A DNA stretch of 64,000 nt, from the NCBI GenBank assembly GCA_032718475.1, contig JAUCBJ010004452.1, positions 33,155 to 97,154 of the forward strand, read 5' to 3'. Source of the DNA: Nemertoderma westbladi (Eukaryota > Animalia > Xenacoelomorpha). The translations under genes were made by a program, and so were the position numbers. The notes beneath the pieces are model-generated. The model did no database searches. It worked only from the letters and a program-made list of their open reading frames with translations, and was not told the origin of the DNA. This document shows positions 24,101-35,290 of this stretch, one piece after another (position 1 is the stretch's first letter; every line of letters starts with the position of its first letter).

Positions 24101-25153
24101 CCTCGCCTCCCGCTCTCTACACTCTTTCGTTTCCCTCTCTACCCTCGCTGCCTCTCTCGCTTCTTGCTCTTTGCGCTCGTTCACTTCTCTCGCCTCACCC
24201 TCTCTAAAGTTTCTCGCCACTCTCTCGGCCCTCTCCTCACACTCTCTCGCTAATTCTCTCTCCCTCTCTAGTAACGCAGTTCCCTCAACCAACTGCCTTT
24301 CTAGTTCCTTTTGATCTAGCGCAACAATGTCTAATTAACACGCCAGATCTATATCTAACACCCATCTTGCTTTCGCGGAGGAAGTAGCGGACTTATCGGT
24401 CGCGATGGACTCCCGTCGCCTCTCTGTCCTACTAATTTTCCCCCGTTTGCTGGGGTTCCTACTAACCGACGACACCGAATCCTTGGGGTTAACCTCGGAT
24501 TCGCCGTCGTGCGGGTCTGCCCATCCCACTAACTTAATCCCCCTCGCATCCACTAAGTAAGGCCCTACGTACACTACATCCGCCTCCATCACCTCGGATC
24601 GCCACAATTCTAATAGTTCTGTGGCTACCCCCCTCGCCCTCTCATTCGCCAGTTCCCCCTGTCCAAAACGGACTAAATTGCGAAAGTGTTTATTGGACTC
24701 ACCTAGCCTCTGATATAGTTTAGGCTGGTCTACCTTTCTCCCTTCCTTGGCATCCTTTAACATTCTCTTGGCAGTGTTGTACGCCCGTCGCAGGCGATCA
24801 CTCGTCCCGACGTCCTCCTTGTTGACTCTACCTCCCCTCCTCGTCCGGCGTCGTACCGTCGGCCCCACCGTCGCCGATTCCGGTGGGCTGTTCGCCGCCC
24901 TCGGCCTGTGGTTGGCCGGCGACTTCGGTACTTCGACCGCTGTCGTCACCTCGCGTCGACTCCTCGTTATCTTTCCCTCCTCGTTGTCAGCCACCCTCCG
25001 CTTGGGTATCCGGACCGTCTCTTGCTGGCGAATCCGGGGTGGCGGGCCGGTATCATCTCGTCGCGGCCTCTCGGATAATTTGGTCTGTGTTGTCCGGGGT
25101 CTGCGGCGGCGTTCTTTCTCCCTCCGAAATCTGGGGCGTGTTTCGTTGTCCAC
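21171..25153 (-). pseudogene. gag-protease and post-protease chimeric region of element A
   Basis: ORFs 24335-25153, 24023-24292, 23668-24033, 22284-23732 and 21879-22094 are collinear with B; protease LMLVDSGAAFTL; several stops and frameshifts, plus a deletion relative to B. Confidence 0.9.
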
Positions 25154-25220
25154 TCATGTTTTCTCTTCGGGTCGTAATCACAGTTAGTTTGTCTTAGCTG
25201 CCTGATGGAAAGTTTTTCAC

Positions 25221-25878
25221 TGTGATGGGATCGTTGAGTTGTCAGTGAGATCCCGACCGGTTGGATTGTACGCGTCACTTTATTGCTGGGCTGCTGGGCT
25301 GCTGGTATAATATCTTTGGCCGAAGGCCGATGGGAAAACAATGTAGTTCGTTTCTCAGTATTAATAACCTCAGCGATAATAGCACAGTCAGAATAATACA
25401 GATATTACGAGTTAATCATACAACAGTATAGTAACAGCAAATGATATATAAATGATGGTCAAAAACTATGCCGGTCTGCAACTGTGAGAAAATCAACTGA
25501 CCAGTAAATCAGTAATTAGAGTAACTATATAATTGATACATATTGGTTTCAGCCCTACACTACTATGTGGCCTTTGGTACCCAATGGATGCATTCCTATG
25601 CTCCCAATCTACTTAATTGCAAGCTATTGGCTTAACTATTAATTCTCGCCTTGCCACTCCCTGTTGGAGTTACCCCCTACTGCTAGCCTCTCTAGCTGGT
25701 TTGTCCCTCTGAGGTGGTTTGACCTCTCACCTCTCTCTGTGGCTTAGGGCGTGTATCGCCCCCCCGAGTTGGTTATGAGGCGAGATTATTATTGGTAATC
25801 TCGCATCACCAACTATATTGGTAAAACGCCACTGGTTCCATTTTGGGTGGGCAATGTAGGGAATTGAATCCGCTTACA
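25221..25878 (-). repeat. 5' LTR of element A
   Basis: Direct repeat of 7871-8519 with a small GCTGCTGG duplication; TCAGTT Inr-like motif on minus at 25495-25500. Confidence 0.95.
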
Positions 25879-25883
25879 AATAC

Positions 25884-27400
25884 ACTCACCAACGCGTTTT
25901 ATTAATTTGTAGCTGGGAATACGAGTTTTTTTCCTCAAATTGGGGAAAGAGATAGGGGTGAAATGCATACACTCCCTCATAAGCATGACCTAGATAATAC
26001 CGATGGTGCGATTTGCAGTGAAGATCTGCACTGGCTTCCCCAGCTTGTATGTATCGAAGTACAATTAACTCGTCTACACTTTCGATGTGTTGGCTAAAGA
26101 GGCAATCCCAACTAGCGTATCCTTTAAGTTGACATTAATGACATTGCATCATAAACTGACGACATACAGTGAAGATATGCTTATTATTGATGCAGCAATA
26201 AGCATTAAGGGTTGGTCTTTGAAATAAGAATAAAGTTCTTCTGATTCTGGTGAGTAGAATCTCGGCATGCTTCTCCACTAGCTGATTCATCTCATCACAT
26301 TGATGTCGCTTTTCTTCTAAGAAATCAGATAGGAAGTATACGTATCTCGAATCGATATCTTTCTCCAGGTTCATATTGGGTCACTACAGGAGGGAGGAAT
26401 GCGGGTTCTAGGTGCAAACATCTTTAAAGATAGCAAACCCAGCGCTAACCAGTTTCTCAGCGGCGGCGTCCCGGAGACTGAGTTTCATCAACGCGGGATC
26501 TTCAAACTGACTATCAACATTCCGAAACGGAGTCAGAAAGCACTTAAAACATTCAAACCGAATGAACTTATTAAGTCTTTATTACATTCATATTTGGAAA
26601 GTTTAGTTCCCAAGATGAGGGGATGGGAACGCATTGTTCGGCTTCACACATTGGTTAACCATCAGGAAAGTGTGGTGTTCTGAAATATGGCATAGATGGC
26701 CAAGGAAGTATGGAGGGGAACACTTGTGAAACTATAAAATGCGCAAATCGTGATATGCTTCTCCTCGAGCTGATTCCCCTCTTCTGTCGTCTGAGTTTTT
26801 CCCTAAAAACTCTGGGAAAGAATACACACGTTCATGATCATGATCGATGTCATGATGGATTCGTGGTTTATCGCGACATTGTCTTTGCGCATGGAATCGA
26901 AATAAAACCATCTCAGTTTCTGTGTCTAGATGGTCCGTATTGTGTAGATCAATAGGGTGGCATGTAGTTAGGAATCCATATACATACCATTTCGATGAGT
27001 GTAGCGTGCAGTGAATTTTCGATAATCGAATTCATGCTGGAGTTGTTCTTCAGTGATCGGTGGTTCGATATAACATCCATCATCAGCTGTCGTAGGTTTA
27101 CTAGCATCACCGCTTAATAAGTTATTATTTAGGCGCTTGTTGTCACTGTCAGCCAAATGAGTTATTATATTATCTTTAATCGTCTCGAAAGTATCACTGA
27201 GGTTGACTCCAGCATCCAATATTGTTTCTGTTGGCAAAGCGGCCAACAAATTGGATCTCATTGCTGCATTTGGGTGTCCTTCAAGCACGGCTTCCACTCG
27301 TTGGAACCATACTCTAGCGTCTTCCTCATAGAATTCTGGTAGTTTTACCTTCTGTGGATATGAATGTGGTGTTTACGGATGAGGTACCTTCTGGCTGTTG
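25884..27400 (-). pseudogene. 5' part of decayed unknown ORF interrupted by element A
   Basis: ORFs 26968-27297 and 26135-26374 plus intervening, mostly open minus frames with sporadic stops/frameshifts; no recognised domain. Confidence 0.4.
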
Positions 27401-28123
27401 AACCGATTGACTCTTCTGTATATGCGATGGAAGAATCTTAATTGCGTGTATTATAATTAATCAATATAATTAATCTGATTAAATTACATATTGGTTACTC
27501 TAACATCCTTCATTAGCCTCGTTGCGCTCATCCTGTTGTGTCTCAATTTTTATTCTTGACGCAGACTCACGATCATTATAACCATGCAAAGTCTTAGTGT
27601 GTCGGTGTAACTGCTGATTTATGGAAAGTGGATACTCGTATCCACTGTGAAACTTGTTGTGTTCGTTCTGTAGAATCTGGTCACCAAATATTTACCTTAC
27701 AACATTCAAATATCATTAAAATTATATTATAATTTTTTGGGAGAGTAGTCGTAACGCGACTTAGAAAGTCACGGTACAGCTACTCTAAAAGTCACATTAC
27801 GGCTACTTGTCGCGTTATGGCTAATCTATTGTCTTGGTTTTACATAGGGAATCATAATTAATATTATTATATTCTATTGTGTTTGTACAGATGAGGTCCG
27901 AAATGTAAGCAGATTCAATTCCCTGCACTACCCAGTGGAAAATGGGGAAAGTGGCTTTTTACCAATTATAGTAGGGAAGGTGACATTAGTAATATAATGT
28001 CACCTAATAACCAACATAGGCAATACACATTGCCAGCCATAAGCGGAGTTGAGAGGCCATAAACCATCTCAAGGGGACAAAGGGGCTAGCAAGAAAGGAT
28101 AATGGCAGCAGGGAGAGATTAAT

Positions 28124-28801
28124 ACAGAGAAACGCTACGGCATTATCTTTGTTTGCAATATTACGAGGGCCATGGGGATAGAACTAGCTCAGGACGCTAC
28201 GGAAAGGAGGACGCCATAAGCACCACATATGCTGGGCTGTGTAGAGTGCCTCGTCGGAAGCTCCAAGCAGCTCATGACCAAACTCATGAATAATCATATG
28301 GTCACTGAGGACGTACTAAGGACAGTTTTGGCGAAATGCGAGGGAGTTATCAACAGCTGCCCGCTGTATCCCGAGAACGACGATCCAGAATCGCTGGACG
28401 TCCTAACGCCAGCAAACCTGCTGATGGAGAGACCAGCAACGATCGACATGCGAAACATCAACGCAGACGATATACATTCGCGTCAGAGCTGGAAGGTGGC
28501 TAAGGCGATAAGTGCCGAGTATTGGACAAGGTAGATCCAAAAGTACCTTCCAACACTGCACAAGAGGAGCAAATGGAGGAATAACCAGAGGGAGCTTAGG
28601 AAGGGTGACTTGATAATAGTCACAGATGACACAATTATCAACAATCACTGGAGGTTGGCTAGGGTAGTTGATTGCTACCCCGGCGAAGACGGAAGGATTA
28701 GATCCGTGGAAGTGAGGATCGGAGGAAAGATAGGGGCCAAAGATAGGAAGTCCTACAGGATGGCGGTAGGGAAGTGTTGCATATTGGAGGGATTGCCCTA
28801 A
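28124..28801 (+). pseudogene. BEL/Pao integrase fragment (core remnant + DUF5641-type C-terminus)
   Basis: KRYGIIFVCNITRA, LAKCEGVINSCPL, LTPANLL, YWTR*IQKYLPTLHKRSKW, GDLIIV, WRLARVVDCYPGEDGRIRSVEVR. Confidence 0.9.
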
Positions 28802-29795
28802 TTAGTTGAGTCGTCCAATATATTGGACTGTGGGGGGTGGGAATGAGGGCGAGACGCCCTTCTCTCACACTAAACACAAAATTATAAAAATAAAAATAAG
28901 TAGTAAGTAGTACCAAGGTACACTTTAGGTAGACATTATGTACGTCTGATGGGTACGGATGTACCAATGTACATAATATATAGGTGTAGGTAGTTACAAT
29001 AACGTATGTCAGATGGGTACAAATGTGCCAACGTACCTAGTTTACATACGCACCACAAGCTGGGTCAATGGGAACAATATTAATACGTAATACGCACTAC
29101 TGTAGGCACTGAGGGCGCCACGCGAGTAGTTGAGGGGGGTATGTACACATACTGTAGTAGAAGGGTACATAGTACCACAGTGAGGATTAGAAGGGGTATA
29201 CATTATGTATGTCTGGTGGGCACAATGTGCCAATGTACGTAATAATATGTGCTACTGTGGGCACTGAGGGCGCCATGTGAGGAGTTGAGGGGGGTATGTA
29301 TGCGTAGTAGAATAGACCGTGTAGGCTGCATGAACTAGACTACTGCAGTGCATAGCCCATAGTACAGACTTAGGGTATTGTTACAGAGCCGGAAGACCGT
29401 CTGGTAGGAAGCTAGTACAACAATAGGAAAACTGTAGCTAGTCTTCTCTGTATACAAGTAGAAATGAATTACTTACGTAGTAATTGTGTAGCAGATAGAA
29501 TAATAGCACATAGGGGGGATAATATAAAATAATAATAAAATAATAATAAAATAAAAAAAATTATAGCAACTGAGAGGAAGGATTCCAGAATCATGATTAA
29601 AAGCAACGGACAAAATTGCAAATTAGGACCAAAATTGACACATAGGGAAATATTTTTACCAAAAACGAACGAAAAGAGCAGATAGGAGGTAGGCCATTGC
29701 TGATCGAAGCTAATTAAGATCTTATTTAGTAACCCTCTTACCTAACTGAGCCTTTTTAAGGCACCACCAGCTTGGTAAGAGAGAGTGGATTCGTG

Positions 29796-32281
29796 ATGGT
29801 GGAGAAACTGGTGAAGAAGAGGAAGTCGGAGAAGAGCGGGAAGGAATTACTAGTGGACTTCATGCTTAGGCATCCGGAGAACAAGATGAAGGAATACTAC
29901 AAATGACTCCCGAAGGGTCATAAATCGCATGCGCTACAGGATCAGTTTAGGGAGATGCACGAGTGACAACTGGTTGGGACCTACGGAACGCCATCATTGG
30001 ATAACGCGATCGACAAGCATTTTCGCTACATTGTAAAGAGGGACTAGGCTAGGTTTGGGATACCGAAGTATGTGAGGGAACCACCAAGGAAGGAGTGGAG
30101 GAGGTTTGTAGATTCCGTGGAGAGGGGCGGATACATGGTCCTAGACGGCGAGGGGACCGTGGAGGATGACAAAGGCTCAAGAAGGGGGTCGTGAGGATCG
30201 GGTAGAACTATATTGATGCACTTAGCGGCACCGAATGGAGATATCTTTCTATTCGACCTAGGGACCTATGGGAAGAGGAGCGGGCCGAAGTTAAACCGGT
30301 TACCGAATGCGGTGCGGGAACTAGTAAGGCTGAAGACTATGGTCAAGGTAGGATCGGAGATACGAGGCGACGCGGAGAGGATTATTGGACCAGGCACCCC
30401 AAATCTTCTGGACACGCAGGTAGTCTACATGGCTATGACAAAACCAGATGGACTGGGATTGGTGGACAACACGGGACAATACGGAGCCGTGACAATGGGC
30501 CAGCTGATGGGACTCGTCTGCCACAAGCCGATGGAGTGGAACAAGTTCCGAGAGGAATACAATGCAGAGCTTGCAAACTCACTCAAATGGGGAGCAAGAC
30601 CGGGGAAGGAGGAGCTATATCACTTCCGGAAGGGAGTGATAAAGATATATCAGAATAGATATATCTTACAGGAGGAGTGGATAATGATAGGTTTGCTAAA
30701 CCTATTTATCACAGTAACTATTGGCAGGGAGCCGATGGCGTTTCTACTGTCGGGATCAGCTCTGAGCCACAGGAGAGCCTTTAAGGTAGCCCTAGCAGGT
30801 CTTGTAGACCACCCGGGGCTGAAGGGCGAATCGGTGTATTACGATACCCGACACCTGGTGACAGAGAGGTAGACACACCGTACAAGCGATGGAAGAAACA
30901 GGAGGCGGATAGAGAAGAGGAGATGAGGATAGAGGAAGTTGCCAGGAGAGAGAGGAGGGAGGCAGCAGGCAGAGAGGCAGACATAATGGGAGGTGAGTAC
31001 GAGTTTGAGGCCCAAGATTTGGATGAGTTGAGGTGGGGATCGGAGACCTCGGGTGAGTTTCGGCTGGGGGATGAGGTGGATTGGATGGAAGGGACACCAA
31101 TACAGTCTACATCAGGGCTGCAGGGAATGGCGAAGCCTGTGGAATCTGAGGGCGACTTCGGGAGGAAGAGTCCGAGGACGATGGAAGGGTGGAGGGCCAC
31201 GGGCAAATACCAGGCCGGAAAGGGACATGGTGGATCAATTGGGATCCCAGGTCTCAAACCGCTCGTAGTGGAGGAAGTAGAGGAGGACGAGTTCGGGGCG
31301 ATGCCACCAATAAAGAGAATTGGCTGGTCGGACACGGACTGTGTGGATGGGAGAGTTGTGACAGCCAGCGGGGCGAGATCATGATCCGACTGGGCGAGCA
31401 ACCGGGGATGGAACCACGAGTGGTGTTTGGGGAAACAATGCCGAGGGAAGAGGCGGATGCTGACATGGGTAGGGAGGATAACATCGAAATGTTTACCTAC
31501 CAGCGGCTCCACAGACCCAGTAGGCTATGTGGAGCCAATTACGACTTGGGACAAGAGACAGTAATAGACGGTTGCGATTACTGTGGGAGACTAACCCATC
31601 AGCAAAAGAACTGTATGTATCGTTACCAGTAGGGGATGATGTGTCTTTACTGCCGCGAGTCTACGCACAGGTTGGGCACGTGCCCAAGGTTGCACCACAG
31701 GTGTTCGAAGTGCAAGTTTTGGGGGCACTTTGAGTGCCAGTGGGACTGGATGGAGGATGAGGAGAAATTCCGCATTTTCGAGGAATGGGCCGACGTCGGA
31801 GTCATGACAAGGCAAAGGATGAAGGCCCAAGAGTTCCGGTGAGGCTTTTTCAACATTAACATACAAGCCCACCAGGAGATTACAAAAGAGGAGACTACCA
31901 ATCACGTATCAGGAGGCAGCGACAGCGGCATCATATGGAGGGGTCATTAACACCCAAAGAAATCTGGATAGATGGTCACCAGAAAATAGGATAGAATTCA
32001 GGGATTTTCTGGAGGAACCCGTGCCGCGTGCGATGAAAATGATCTTGTGGGATGCTACCAGGGGGAAACAGGAGGGACACTCAGTGGGGCCACATGTGAA
32101 GCGATATCGTGAGTTAATAACACCCATACCCAAGGATCCAACAACGGGGCTCAGCAAGACGGTATCAGCGAGAATGAGTAGCCTCAAGAACAAACAGGAG
32201 GGGAGGAAGCGACCCAGGCAGGACGATGATAGAGGTAAAGAATTGAGATGGTTCGTGGAGGGTGCGGGAGGAGCACTATAG
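29796..32281 (+). pseudogene. Accessory ORF of element C: DEDD 3'-5' exonuclease-like domain + three CCHC zinc knuckles (~830 codons, several stops/frameshifts)
   Basis: ATG 29796 is in frame with ORF 30213-30872. Motifs: YMVLDGEG (ExoI DxE), LMHLAAPNGDIFLFDL, LPNAVRELVRLKTMVKVGSEIRGDA (ExoII), NLLDTQ, QNRYILQEE (ExoIII-like). Knuckles: CDYCGRLTHQQKNC, CLYCRESTHRLGTC, CSKCKFWGHFEC. Confidence 0.75.
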
Positions 32282-32962
32282 GACTGATTGCGGGCGATGT
32301 CAACGTGGCTGGAAGGCACCACATGGACACACAAGTACAAATAATTCCTAAGTGCAATTAATACAAGTGCAATTAGTATGTACGTAGGTAATCAATCAAT
32401 GCTAGAGAAATATAATATACGTACTATAGTCAGGTATAACCTTTTCCAATTAGCTACTGGGACTAGGGAGTAATTGACTAAAACAGGAGGACGAGACATT
32501 GGACGGACCTCAGTTCTTGAGTGCAACGGCACAAACGAGAATGTGAGGCCCAACAGAAGTGAGTGGGAAAGAAATGGGTTGAGTATGAGAGAAGCATGGG
32601 GGGAGGTGTTAGGGTATGAGAGAGTTGAAAGTGCGAGATCCAAGCGTGGGGAGCGAGCATAGAGGGGGATAAGTCCTATGGGACTAGTGAGAGAGGAACG
32701 GACAACAAAGTCCAAAACATAAAATTTTGAGAGGAGTGAGGGCGAACGTCTAAAACAGAGACGCCAGATGCCTTGGTACAGCTTAGCTCGCAGATGTACC
32801 AAGGATGGGTAGTGAAAACAGACCCAGGGGGGCCAGCCTTGAAAGCTGACCCCGAGAAGAAAATTCCACCCCGCATCCAATACTAGATTGGATTCCAGCG
32901 GAATTGAAGCGCACTTAAGGTTGATGCTATCCTCTCACCGGGAAGATAGCATGGGGGGGGAG

Positions 32963-33306
32963 TGTAAGTGGATTCAATTCCCTGCACTACCCAGCGGAAA
33001 ATGGGGAAAGTGGCTTTTTACCAATTATAGTTGGGAAGGTGACAGTAATATAATGTCACCTAATAACCAACATAGTCAATACACATTGCCAGCCACAAGC
33101 GGAGTTAAGAGGCCAAACCATCTCAAGGGGACAAAGGGGCTAGCAAAAAGGGATAATGGCAGCAGGGGAGAGATTAATAGGTTAGCCAAAGATGGGACAG
33201 GATACCACCTGATTGGAGTGCATCCATTGGCCAGGCCATGTAGAGCAATAGGAATATTCAATATGTGTTGATAATATAAGTAATATAACCATTGCATTTA
33301 TTAGTT
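32963..33306 (+). repeat. Truncated 3' LTR of element C
   Basis: Starts TGTAAGTGGATTCAATTCCC directly after the PPT; similarity to A/B LTRs fades near 33300. Confidence 0.75.
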
Positions 33307-34604
33307 AGGAATAATGCTTTATTATACATATCGTGATTTAATTTTCTTTCTAATCGTACTAGACCTACTTAGAAATGTAATTCAAAATGTATCTTACAAC
33401 CAATACACTTTATCTTTCCATCAGTAGAATCATTACATTACCGAACTAATATTATCAAATTTTAATACAATATTACAATATATTATTCATATTATTAATG
33501 CCTATTCGGTGGTTGATGTAATGGGCCTTCCCGATCAACCTCCGTCTTTACTATGCATCAAGTCAAATATATTCATAATATTTTTTCATTTACCGTAATT
33601 TACTAATTATTTGACTTATCGTACTCCAATTATTACATAGTTACAATTTATTTGTGTGCATGCAAGTTTAGAAAGTTTAGAAATGCTCAATGCATCATCA
33701 ACGAATCAAGATATTCAATACTAAATGAGTAATTGTTTGTTCTGCCCGGCTCATGTCTGCATGTGTCCAGTACAATCAAAACCCATTAGTCAAAACTATT
33801 ACTCATACTGATCTACAACCAGACAATTAACAGAAGAAGAAGTAGTGGATTGCTCGGCAATTTTGATTGGTCGAGGTTTTCTCCCCTCAGCCCTTTCACC
33901 TTTACAGCTTTTTATGTTAGTATAGTAGACTTAATTCTGTAATTATAACTATTTATCAGTTTATTTTATATCTTACCTCACCTCCTACTGTCCTACAGTC
34001 CTAGGCCTACTGACCTACCACTACCTCAGTACAGCAGTACCTGCCTACCACATCTGCACATGTACGGTACCAGCCAGCCAGCCTACAACATACAACACCG
34101 CCCCAGCGCCTGACCGCTACACCAGTACACGCTCACGCTACTATTGACTATCTGACTGGCTACTCACTGTACTGCACTACCTGACTACTGTCTGACTGTA
34201 CTACTGTACTGCATGGCTGCAGTACCGGTAGGTACCGGTAGCCTATACAATTTATACGGTCTCCCCTACTGCCTGACTGCCCTAGGCCTGTAGGCAGGCT
34301 GCTAGACAGCCAGACAGCTAGAGCCAGAGCTATCAGCTATCACCTGATCACTGTCTGACTGTATGCTGGTATGAGGCTATCAATTAATTGTTATTTATTG
34401 CTGTATTGTCATGTCACTGCAGCACTGTCATCGTCATCATTATTTAATGTGTGCGGTACTGCATGTACTGGTACCTGGGTACGCCTACCGGACCGGTCTG
34501 CCTGTCTGAAGGTCGCTAGGCCTATATCCTGACCCTGAAATAGAACAGACTGACAGATATAAATACTAAACTTATTCTTTGCACTTTGAGAGTCATAACT
34601 GATA

Positions 34605-34828
34605 ATGGATGATCAACCAAAGGATAACGATGAATGCAAACCCTGCAAGGTTGGTGGAGGTGAAGCTGACGCTAAAACCACTGCTGATGATAAACTAGTT
34701 GACAAAACTAAACCGCTCACAGATCAACCAGGACCGGCAGCAGCTGATCAAGATGATACTGTTGATGCGGGGGGAGATGATACTATTGATGCTGGGGGAA
34801 TTAAATTACCTTCGCTTAAAGAAATGTC
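34605..34828 (+). CDS. Effector-type caspase (caspase-3/7-like), putative coding exon 1 (short acidic prodomain)
   Basis: MDDQPK…DTVDAGGDDTIDAGG…EMS, with DxxD cleavage-like sites. GTTAGT donor at 34829 is phase 2, matching the acceptor phase at 50262. The link rests on phase and composition only. Confidence 0.6.
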
Positions 34829-34849
34829 GTTAGTAGCCAATTACATATT

Positions 34850-35200
34850 GCATCTACCACTGCAGCACTGGTAGAATTATATCATATCCATCTACCACTG
34901 CAGCACTGGTAGAATTATACTGTTGATGCTGGGGGAATTAAATTACCTTCGCTTAAAGAAATGTCGTTAGTAGCCAATTACATATTGCATCTACCACTGC
35001 AGCACTGGTAGAATTATATCATAGGCCTATCCATCTACCACTGCAGCACTGGTAGAATTATATCATATCCATCTCCCACTGCAACACTGGTAGATGCATA
35101 GGCCTATCATATCCCATCTAGCACTGCAGCACTGGTAGATCTGTAGATGGATATCATATCCCATCTACCACTGTCTGACTGTAGCACTAGTAGATGCATA
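34850..35200. repeat. ~35-40-bp hairpin-forming tandem repeats (TCTACCACTGCAGCACTGGTAGA) plus duplicated exon-1 end
   Basis: About 7 degenerate copies; 34918-35020 duplicates ~34782-34885. Confidence 0.85.
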
Positions 35201-35290
35201 TCATACCTATGGATCGACCGAATTTAAAATTTTGCTGAACCGAACCGTGAACCGAATTTGAAAAAAATTCGGCCAATTCGGTACCGAATA

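Larger units (their letters stand above)
7871..25878 (-). mobile_element. BEL/Pao LTR retrotransposon A (non-autonomous: gag-PR, integrase tail remnant, 3' accessory ORF; no RT)
   Basis: Paired ~650-bp TG…CA LTRs, 5-bp TSD AATAC (7866-7870 / 25879-25883), polypurine tract next to the left LTR, and BEL-type gag (KTFANKVEKAL, KWRK, CX2CX4HX4C) and protease (LMLVDSGAAFTL, TPFGWMLTGP). Confidence 0.95.
27904..33306 (+). mobile_element. BEL/Pao element C, internally deleted (partial 5' LTR fused to integrase; accessory ORF; truncated 3' LTR)
   Basis: 27904-~28123 repeats 32963-~33179 (TGTAAG…GGGAGAGATTAATA); PPT GGGGGGGGAG at 32953-32962; LTR related to A/B LTRs; no TSD identified. Confidence 0.85.

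Noticed and set aside
29796-32281. Interpretation of the 3' ORF as env
   Set aside because: No signal peptide or C-terminal TM anchor; motifs are exonuclease-like and CCHC.
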